Below are positions 1 through 8,835 of a DNA stretch of 20,908 bases, piece after piece. The position numbers were made by a program, and so were the translations under genes. Each line of letters starts with the position of its first letter. Position 1 is the first letter of the stretch. The DNA comes from Geosiphon pyriformis uo1 (taxonomy: Eukaryota; Fungi; Glomeromycota): contig JAAOMT010000451.1 of assembly GCA_016748015.1 (NCBI GenBank), forward strand, positions 5,586-26,493, in the 5' to 3' direction. The notes beneath the pieces were generated by a model. It had not been told where the DNA came from, did no database searches, and saw only the letters and a program-made list of their open reading frames with translations.

Positions 1-482
1 AAAGCTGCTCTAAGTTTGTAGCGAGTGTTTGTTAATCCAGCTGCTGTCTTAAATTTATTGTGAATTTGTTTTTGTATAGACTCAGAAGTGATGTTGGTTG
101 CTTCAAGTTCCAGTTTTCATTCATAAAGTGTTTTTTCAATATAAAAATATTTATATGTAAGGGTATGTTCCTTGTTTTGTTTATTGAGAAATAGTAGTAG
201 TTTTTGTTAAATTGTGGCATTTGGTGGAATGTCAATAGGGGCAAATAAAAGGTTTTCTTTTAGTCCTTGCTTCAAAAGTTCTGGTAACCTATTTTCAGAG
301 TGACCTCTTGTTTTTTTTCTATAGAGATGATAGTTCTGAGAATTATTTACTATTGGAACTGTGGTTTTTTTTTGAATGTAATTAATTTGACTTCCATTAA
401 TCGTTATGGATAAGTCAGGAAGTGTTTTCAAAGCTAACATTAATTTTTGGAATATTTGTTGAATATTTCGGAGAATAATCAT
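1..482 (-). pseudogene. Element B ORF3: unknown protein, truncated by the window edge
   Basis: MIILRNIQQIFQKLMLALKTLPDL... aligns in frame with A ORF3 across two stops (YFYIEKTLY, KLEL, IQKQ, FKT, YKLRAA). Confidence 0.8.
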
Positions 483-640
483 GATTAAAATTGACTAATT
501 AATGAAAAAAAAGAATAAAAAAAATTTTTTTTTTTTTGGATATGAGGTTTTATTTGTTTTTGGATTTGTGTGTTTTTGTAATTATTTACTATTTTTGTCT
601 TTATGTATTATTAAAAAGATTATTGTAAAATTGTGTTGAA

Positions 641-2026
641 TTAAATGTTCAAGTTTGGTTGTTGTTCTATTATGACTATTGGTTCTAAATTTTGGGGAAT
701 ATCTTCAGGATTAATTAAAGGGGAATGTGTACTAATTTGTGGAATTAATGGTTCAGGATTGTTTCTGGAGTGATAGTGTTTCAATCTATCTCTATGTGCA
801 ACTTTTGCTAGTACTTTGTCATCAAGTCTTAACTTGCATGATCTATTGTCTAGAATTTCGTAAATATAAAATGGTCCATCTCATTTGTTTTCAAATTTTC
901 CACTCCATTGTTTTTTAGCCTTAGTTCTATGTAGGAAAACTTTATTTCTAACTTTAAATTCGTTGGTAATGGGTGGTAATTTGTTGTCATGTCTTTTTTT
1001 TTGTTGAGCTTAGAAATGTTCAATGTGAGTTGCTGCTATCTTTCTTTTTCCTTTTAGTGCACTAAGAAGAGTGTAGGCCCTTCTTTAGAGTGTTTTCTGA
1101 AAGTTCTCTTCATTAATTGGTTGCACAGGGTATGTTTCTACTGTAAAATTAATTGGTAATATTGCTGTCCTTCCATAAGTTAAATCAAATAGTGTGTGTT
1201 TCATAGTATCTTGTTTTAGTGTTCTATATGCTAATAATACTGATGGAATAAAGATATCCTATTCCTGCTCAAAATTTGTTGAGACTTTGGCTAGAGATTC
1301 ACACAATGTTCTGTTGAAACATTCTACAAGTCTATTTGTTTGAGAGTGATAAAGTGATAATAGAGATTTTGTAACATTGAATCTTTCACAAATTTTTTGT
1401 ATCAAGTTGTTCACAAAATGTGTTTCTTGATCAAATAAAAGTTCAATTGGGCATCCATGTCTACAAATAATGTCTTCATTGATAAAATTTACTACTGATT
1501 TTGCATCTGCTCTTTGGATGGCTCTAGTTTCAGGCCATTTGGTAAGATAATCTACTGCAACTGCAATATAATAATTTTCTTGGATTGTAATAGGCAGTGG
1601 TCTGACTAAATTAATTCTAACTCTTTCAAAAGATTGTCCAACTTTGATTGGATTTAAAAGTTCTGTGGGGTGAGTTTTTTTTCTTCTTTGACAACTGTCA
1701 CAAGATTCTACGTATTGTCAAATGTCTTTTTGCAAGTGAGGCCAAAAATAATGTTCAAGAGTTCTTTGGATTGTTCTATCTCTTCCCAAATATGCTGAAA
1801 ATAGATCTGTGTACATGTTGTATAAGATTGTTTTTTTTTATTCTCTTGTACTAGTCTGAGTGATTGGTTTGGATTTCTGCAATTTTTGTAATAAATTTTG
1901 TTATGGTGTATGAAATATTGTTTGAATTGGTGTTGTAATCGATGTTTTTCACTTGGAGACCAATTTTCTGACATTTATAAGAGTCTTCAAATAGTTTTTA
2001 AGATTGTTGTAAGTTCTGGAATCCAT
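641..2026 (-). pseudogene. int: Element B ORF2: integrase, degenerate
   Basis: ATG at 2026 (MDSRTYNNLKNYL), CDSC, DYLTKWPE, SDQETHF, DGPFYIYEIL; ends EPIVIIEQQPNLNI-TAA; colinear with A 8836-10219. Confidence 0.92.
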
Positions 2027-2084
2027 TGTTGTTTGGTTATTTTGTTGGTAGATTGGTAAGTTTGTGGTGGATTTGTTGGAAGTG

Positions 2085-2138
2085 TTAATCTTGTCTCATT
2101 CTTAAGAGGCTATCAACATTGGTGTGTAGTTTTTTTGG
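2085..2138 (-). pseudogene. Last codons of element B RNase H, split off by the insertion of A
   Basis: KLHTNVDSLLRMRQD-TAA, homologous to A's KLHTNVDCLSRIRQD-TAG. Confidence 0.85.
2135..2138. repeat. Left copy of the 4-bp target-site duplication of element A (TTGG; right copy CTGG at 12037-12040)
   Basis: Removing A plus one 4-bp copy restores B's frame as HHKPEKLHTNVD, which matches A's own HHKSRKLHTNVD. The one mismatch is a C>T transition. Confidence 0.85.
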
Positions 2139-2354
2139 TGTTACCAGATGAAATTAGAAATATTATTTAACATAAAATTATCCTTATAATTCCTAGCATT
2201 AATTAGCATATATTATTGTTTCAAAGTATCACTTATTATATTAGCAAAATATCTGAAATTATTATTTAATTAATAACCCAATTTGTACATAACACAAATG
2301 TAACCTAACTGTAATGATCAATCATATAATATCCCGAACTATGTAATATTCAAA

Positions 2355-2469
2355 AGTTTGCCAAAATTTGTAAAAATTTGCTGAAATAATTGAATAGTTC
2401 ACCGAAATATCTAATAGTTTGCAGAAATAACTTGTAGTTCGCCAAAATGTATCTTTAGTTCAGCGAAAT
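2355..2469 (+). promoter_or_regulatory. Array of six degenerate AGTTCGCCGAAAT motifs in the LTR (putative U3 enhancer); also at 11271-11385, with five copies in B at 18317-18411
   Basis: Motif starts at 2355, 2375, 2396, 2416, 2436 and 2457 (20-21-bp spacing). The repeat is observed; regulatory function is inferred. Confidence 0.6.
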
Positions 2470-2844
2470 TGTAGAAATAGCAAAAGTTCAAGTTCATAGA
2501 ATAGTGTTATGACAAGTTGTATAAAAAAAGAGCTTCTTTCTTCAAAAAAATGTATTTTATCTTTGATTTAGTAATTAGAATTATTCCTATACACACAAAA
2601 ACAAAATAAATATCAAATAATTTGAAAAATCAATTTTTTAATTATTATACTTGCAATAACACCTAAAAATCCCGACTAACGTTTTAAAATTGATTAGCTA
2701 CCAATTTTAATAAACTGTTAGTGACTCCAGGTCTGGATAGAAAACGTTTTCCTTGATAAAATTTTATTTCTTTTACATTTTTTTTATTTTCTTTTATTTT
2801 CTTATTATAATTATTAAGGTAACCTACAGACGAGATTCCTGTAG

Positions 2845-2945
2845 AAGAGTTGACTTTCACAGCAAAGTAACTGCACATTTTTAGTGAGCTTCTAAACAAG
2901 CAATTCTTGGGAAAGAGTTGACGTTTACTACAACGTAACTACACA
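2845..2945 (+). repeat. Two 33-bp direct repeats 68 bp apart in the LTR, each folding into a bulged stem-loop
   Basis: AAGAGTTGACTTTCACAGCAAAGTAACTGCACA and AAGAGTTGACGTTTACTACAACGTAACTACACA; present in all three LTRs. Confidence 0.8.
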
Positions 2946-3122
2946 AAGCAACTGGCACAGAATTGGCTATTTCACTTATAAGCCTAGTAGTTTAAATTAT
3001 AGGAGATAATTTGAAGATAAATTCAGTTATTGGAAATTCAATTACTTCCAGAAAACGTGAATTCACAGCAAATCAACAATTATAACGTTCAAAAAAAGAG
3101 ACCAAAAACCTTTGGTAACATT

Positions 3123-3140
3123 TGGTGCTCTCCTACAGAA
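3123..3140 (+). promoter_or_regulatory. Primer-binding site of element A (TGGTGCTCTCCTACAGAA)
   Basis: Begins with TGG (complement of tRNA CCA) 2 nt after the 5' LTR; near-identical 18-mer in element B. Confidence 0.85.
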
Positions 3141-3903
3141 ACAACACAGCAAAAACAACTTCAAAGTGGTGACCACACCAGATGCAACAACTCTAGAGTA
3201 TTACTAGTCAATTTATACCCACTGCAAACAAAGATTTAACATCCCAGACAGAATTGAAGTTATTAAGAAATCAGTATACCAATACATTGAAAACTGCATT
3301 AACAATTATCTTTTTGGAAATTACAACATCTCAGAAGTTAGAAGCAACCTTTACAATAATTTAGTGCACTATTCACAGTTGGGAACTGAAGACCTTAACA
3401 GTAAAACACTTGCTACCTATTTTCAAGAACTTAATTTTAACATCATTGAGTATTGTGAAAAAAAATACCTAGTACAGTTTCAATACTTTATTGACTTCGA
3501 ATCAGAGATAGAAACAAGCAACAAAGACAGACAAAAATTGAAACAATATTCAAGAACTACACCAAACACTCCAATACTACAAAAGACAACTGCCAAACAC
3601 TTGCAAACATCTGAACAAGAAACCAATGTCAAATTACCACTTTCTATTACACTATTTCCAATTTCACTTGCTCAACCACAAATACCAAGCTCACCACTTA
3701 TTCGGTTTTCAAGAATAGAAGATTTTCAGTCACCTAAAAGCCCTATTCAACAACAAGAATCTCTTTTAACTAGCACTAATCGTCTTGACTTTTTAACAGA
3801 AAATCAAAGTGAACATTCTGAGACAGCCAGTCATGACAAAAACAATTCTGAATTATCTGAAAAAGAAGAAGAATCAATCCACAATGAAAGTGAAGAAGAC
3901 GAA

Positions 3904-4650
3904 ATGACAGCTTATATTGCAAAAATTCCCGAATTTAATGGAGAAGATATTGAAACCAGTCCCCAAGAATGGCTTGACCAAGTTACTAAAGCGGAAGATG
4001 CAAATGGATGGAATGCTGCCAGAATGTTAAGAACAATTCCTTACTTTCTCAAAGGAACAGCAGGCAAATGGTTTGAAAACTTGACCACCCTTTTTAATGA
4101 CTGGACAGCTTTCAAAACTGTCTTCTTAGAACAGTTTACCAACAACAATACTTCTATCACTTTCTGGAATCGCTTCCGAAATATCAAACAAGAGCCATCC
4201 AAATCTGTCATGATTTATATTGGGAAATTCAACAAACTTCTCAGACAAATTCGCCAACTTGAAACTAATGATTATTATTTCAATGCTCAAATCTTGGACC
4301 AATTTATCACTGGTTTAAAGAATAAACTGATTAAAAAGATTCACCCACATGTCCCAGAAGATTTAAACTCTGCCATTCAGCATGCAAAAAAATATGAAAT
4401 GGCCATGGAAGAAGCCAATCATACAAAACTTGTGAACTTAACTATTAGAAAAACCAGCTCAGCAGCTGAGGAAAAAATCGACCAACTCACAAAAAAAGTT
4501 GAAAACTATTTCACCAACCAACAACAACAGCAACCCCAAAGATATCAACCACCCCAAAGACGAAATCAAAACAACTTCGCATTATCCTCTAATAACCAGC
4601 CTCAGAATTGCCATTACTGTGGAATTCCTGGCCACTGGAAAAGAGATTGC
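3904..4650 (+). pseudogene. gag: Gag capsid region and CCHC zinc knuckle of element A
   Basis: Retrotransposon Gag-like motifs (IPEFNGED, PQEWLD, YFLKGTAGKWF, IKQEPSKSV, QFITGL) and CHYCGIPGHWKRDC = CX2CX4HX4C at 4609-4650. Confidence 0.9.
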
Positions 4651-5199
4651 AGAAAGCTACAAAGAGATTAACAAAACAGAAGCAATCAATATTACTCTTT
4701 ACTATAGCAGTCTTATTATCAAACATTACCACCAGCTTACTATCTATCAAGACCCCAATACCAAAATAACTATTATTAGTCTGCCCCACAGCCAATCCAA
4801 CAGCAATACCAACAACCACCCACACAATATTATCAAGTATCTGCTCAAAGATTGATTCTGCAAAATCAATTCACATCACAAAACCAATACCAAATAAACA
4901 ACAATAGAATCAATTCAAACAACCAATTGGTTCCCCAAAATTCCACTTAACCAAGACCCACTCACTATTACACTCAACCCAGTTATTTAACAATACCAGA
5001 AGAACAGAATTTTTACAATACTGCACTTTTAGAAGGTAGAGCTGCAGCACAATAACAAAACCTTTTCTATACCTCTACCACAATTCTACCAGCCAGAATT
5101 GCTGAAAATGCCAACCTTTCAGATATATTCTCTTTTGAATTTGAAACAAATGAATCACCATTTTTACTTAGCAATGTCACTGCAAATGAACAGAAAGCA

Positions 5200-5560
5200 A
5201 TCACAGCTATGTATACCAAAGCTGAAATTGAAGGAAAGCCAATTCGCTTAATCCTAAACAATGGATTTGCCGAAAGTATCATCACCTATCAGTTGATGCA
5301 ACAACTGAAAAGAAATATCGACTGACCTGCACAAACAGTCATTGTTACAACTGATAGCATAAAGAAAACCCCAGTAGGCGAAATTGATAATTTTCTCTTC
5401 ACAATTGACAGAATCACTATTCCAGTTAAGGTATTGGTTATAGATGCTCCCCAATACCAAGCTCTTGTTGGAAATAATTGGCTCCAAAAAGCCAATGCCA
5501 ACTTAAATTGGGAAACCCAAGAATTAACAATTTTTTATCAAAGACAACATGTCTGAGTAC
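5200..5560 (+). pseudogene. Retropepsin-like aspartic protease of element A (degenerate)
   Basis: EIEGKPIRLILNNGFAESII (decayed LDSG motif; B has LNSGLAGSII) and YQALVGNNWL (decayed LG-DWL); same frame as Gag. Confidence 0.85.
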
Positions 5561-5789
5561 CTACCACTTGTGGTACATTCAACAAATGCTCTAAAAAAGC
5601 CCCGGCTTTTGAATTCGAACCAGAAAAAAAAAACCAATAGTCAAAACATTCATGGCCCTTGGATCAACGTCCAATTGGGCTGACAAAACTGAACAAGAAC
5701 ATTTTACACCATACTCTAAACCCAAAACCCCTGGATGGAATATCCCCTACTCAAAGCCTGAATTAAGAAAATGATGCCCCTACATTCCC

Positions 5790-6400
5790 CTTAAATGTAA
5801 GGACTGCCACAAGAAACTATCATCAATGGGAGCTTGTATTTCACCTGAGGAAGAATATGAAAGTCACACCTGTTATTATTGCAAGACCTGTCATCAAAAA
5901 TAATGGGGCCACTTGATTAAAAAAAGTGGAAAATGGGATGAAACACCCTGTCTTACTTGTGGAAAGCAGCTTCTTGATAAATGTGACTGGATTAATGTTG
6001 TATTTAGAGGAGGAGTATGTGATCAAACTTGTCAATATGCTCTTTTTATAGCAGAAAAAGTAAAACATGGAACACCTTTTGATGCCGCATATAACAGTGC
6101 CCTCAACAAACTTTATCACTACCTCCATGACGCCAAAATGATCTACAAACTTGCCATGGTTTTAATTAACAGAGGAACCAAGGAAGATGTTTTTCAAATG
6201 AAGAAAGCTGAATATATCGAATATACATTGGAATTAGCTGGATTTGATTATAAAGATGAAGTTGAAGAATATTACCAAATTGCAAACCATTCATACCCAA
6301 CCCAAGAAGCTCAAATTCAATAATTAGAGCAAATGAATATTCAATTATGTGAAAAATGTATTATGTCTTGTAATGATAAATGGTGTCCAGAATGCTATGC
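5790..6400 (+). pseudogene. Uncharacterised cysteine-rich domain with several CxxC pairs between protease and dUTPase (element A)
   Basis: CKDC...CYYCKTC, CLTC...CDQTC, CEKC-IMS-C-NDKW-CPEC; colinear and conserved in B at ~14380-14990 (-). Confidence 0.75.
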
Positions 6401-6519
6401 TCTTAGTGTTCCTCTACCAAGTGAAAATGATGAGTTTGAAATTGAATTTGAAAAGCCCGAAATAACAGAGGAAATTGAAACAACCCCAATCTATCTCCTT
6501 AAAAATCACTCTGCCCTAC

Positions 6520-6947
6520 AACTCAAGTATTTTAACAACAATGGCCAAGGAATAAAACTGGAGAAAGCCCATGAAATAGATGCTGGATATGATCTGAGAT
6601 ATCTAGGCAAAGATACCCTTATCCTTCAGCCAAACTCCCTTACCAAAATCAATCTAAAAATTGCCCTTGAAATCCCACCAGGAACAGTGGTTCAAATTGC
6701 TTCTCAATCATTCTTGGCAAGCAAAGGAATCAATATTAGAGGAGGAATTATTGATGCTGGATATACAGGAAACATCACAATTATGTTACAAAACAAAACT
6801 GATAAACCATTCAGAATTGAACATGCTGAAAAAATTGCTCAAGCTATCTATTTACCTTTAATCAACATTTTGGGCTTACAGTTAGTCAATCAAAGAGAAC
6901 AATTGGAAAAAAGTGAAAGAGGAACACAAGGTTTTGGTTCAACTGGA
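6520..6947 (+). pseudogene. dut: dUTPase domain of element A
   Basis: All five trimeric-dUTPase motifs recognisable: DAGYDL, ASQSFLASKGI (RSS-like; B has ASRLSLAS), GGIIDAGYTGNI, EKIAQAI, SERGTQGFGSTG. Confidence 0.93.
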
Positions 6948-7559
6948 TGATTCACAGTTCCAGTAAACATAGCTCTCAATGAACAGAAAGAATCCCACCA
7001 GATTCTTCGACTTCCACAACCAAACACTATTTCACCTTTTGGAGAACACCCCAAAATTTATACTTGTGAGAAACCAACAATAAGCCAACAAATTTTTGAA
7101 TCCAATGAACAAATTTGTTTGGAACATAGTATTTTAATCCCAAACATTTATATTCCAAAAGGAACAAAAAAAATCCGAGTTACTTTCTATAATCCCAACA
7201 ATTACCCTATTGTTTTGTTAAATAACTTAGAAATTGGAGTTATTCACAGTAACATCTTTTAACAAAAATTACCTCAGACAGTTCCCAATTTCTCAGAAAT
7301 TATTGGACATTCACTACCAAAAATCAACCCAAATCTCAGCTCCAAAAACTATCATGTTGTTACTGAAAAACTAGCTTGAATCAACATGAAACAGCTCAAA
7401 CCACAACAGCAGAACCAGTTCAAAGAATTAATAGCAGAATATGCTGATATTTTCATTAAGAACAACAATAATCTAAGAAGAACTAATTTGGTTCAACATC
7501 AAATTTATACAGAAGATGCCAAACCAAGATGACAACAAGCATATTGAGTCGCCCCAGAA

Positions 7560-8787
7560 AGCCACCAATTCATTCACAAAGAAGTACAACGGATGCTTAA
7601 CAATGAGCTTATCTAACCATCAATGAGCCCATGGGCTTCATCTGTGGTTTTAGTTAAAAAGAAAAATGAAAAAATACAATTTTGTGTTGATTATTGACAA
7701 CTTAACAGTGTTATCATTGAAGATGCCTACTCTCTTCTCCGAATCGATGACATGTTAGATGCCCTTGGAAAATCCAAATACTTTTCAATATTAGATTTGG
7801 AAAGTGGATACTGGCAAATCACCATGGATCCCAAAGATCACCCCAAAACAGCTTTCATCACCCAAGGAAGAAATTACGAGTTCAACATAATGCCTTTTGG
7901 ACTATGCAATGCACTTGCAACATTTCAAAAACTCATGGATATTGTATACAAAGGCCTCCTTTGGAAATCAGTAATTGTCTATCTAGATGATACAGATGTT
8001 TATTCACCATCTTTTGAGTTATATTTAATTCACTTGTGAGAAGTTTTTCAATGATTACAAAAAACAGGATTGAAACTGAACATTGAAAAATGCTACTTTG
8101 GAAAAACAAGTCTGGCCTTTTTTGGTCATATTGTTAGCAAAAATGGGATTAAACCTAATTCTGCAAAAATTAGCACAGTCAAAAACTTCAAGACTTTCTG
8201 AAACACCATAGAACTGAAAGGATTTATCGGATTAGCATTCTATTATCAAAAATTCATTAAAGAATTTTCAGATCACAAAACCTCTCAACCAACTGATCAC
8301 CAAAAATGTCGAATATAAATGGACTGTTGAACATCAAAAAGCTTTTGAAATTCTTAAGGAAAAACTTACAACAGCTCCAATTCTTGCCTAACCTGATTTT
8401 AGTAACTGATTTTGACTAGCTACGGATGCTTTTTATGCTGCCTTTGGTGCCATCTTATTACAATTAGATGACAACGAAAATGAGTGAGTAATCGCTTATG
8501 CCAGCAGAACACTAAAACCAGTAGAAAAAAATTACCCAGCAACAGAACTAGAAACAGCAGCAGTAATTTGGGCCCTACATCATTTCAATCTCTATCTTAG
8601 ACCTAAAAAATTCGATATTATTACTGATAATATTAGACTCAAATGGTTACAAAACCAAAACACTCAACTCAATACAAAACAAATCTGATGGATAGAATTC
8701 TTAGCAAACTATCAATATATAGTGCACCACAAATCAAGAAAACTCCACACCAATGTTGACTGTCTTTCAAGAATAAGGCAAGATTAG
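7560..8787 (+). pseudogene. pol: Reverse transcriptase and RNase H of element A
   Basis: Ty3-type RT motifs (CVDY-QLN, LDLESGYWQI, KTAF, MPFGL, VYLDD, LNIEKC, FFGHIVS) followed by RNase H. Confidence 0.95.
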
Positions 8788-8835
8788 AAAAACACAAGCA
8801 ACACTCAATTCAACCAACAAAGACAGCCACAAACA

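Larger units (their letters stand above)
2139..3120 (+). repeat. 5' LTR of element A (982 bp)
   Basis: Starts TGTTACCAGATG and ends TTTGGTAACA (8-bp terminal inverted repeat). Colinear without indels to 11055-12036; about 72 mismatches by hand alignment (~93% identity). Confidence 0.97.
3121..8787 (+). pseudogene. gag-pol: Element A ORF1: Gag-PR-Cys-rich domain-dUTPase-RT-RNase H polyprotein with many nonsense mutations and frameshifts near 5630 and 8272
   Basis: Gag core from MTAYIAKIPEFNGED (ATG 3904); protease LILNNGFAESII and LVGNNWL; RT WASSVVLVKKK, LDLESGYWQ, MPFGLCNA, YLDD (7980-7991); RNase H TDA, ELETAAVIWAL, ITDN; ends RQD-TAG. The true start codon is not resolved. Confidence 0.9.

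Noticed and set aside
2355-2469. Regularly spaced repeat read as a CRISPR array
   Set aside because: Units are 13 bp with 7-8-bp linkers, lie inside an LTR, and no cas genes are present
5256-5270. Protease catalytic Asp replaced by Asn in both elements, as a naturally inactive protease
   Set aside because: GAC>AAC is the dominant G>A mutation class here and other conserved Asp codons are hit the same way; two copies are not enough evidence
5624-5633. A10 run with a frame change after the protease, as a programmed ribosomal frameshift
   Set aside because: B is in frame here (EFEEEKEMPLTETYM); this is a 1-bp slippage deletion in A
6948-6950. TGA right after dUTPase GFGSTG, shared with B (13832-13834), as a real or read-through stop
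   Set aside because: Shared TGAs also occur inside essential RT sequence (HL*EVF at 8037 and B 12740; AY*V), so convergent CGA>TGA decay explains them, and in-frame homology continues with no new ATG
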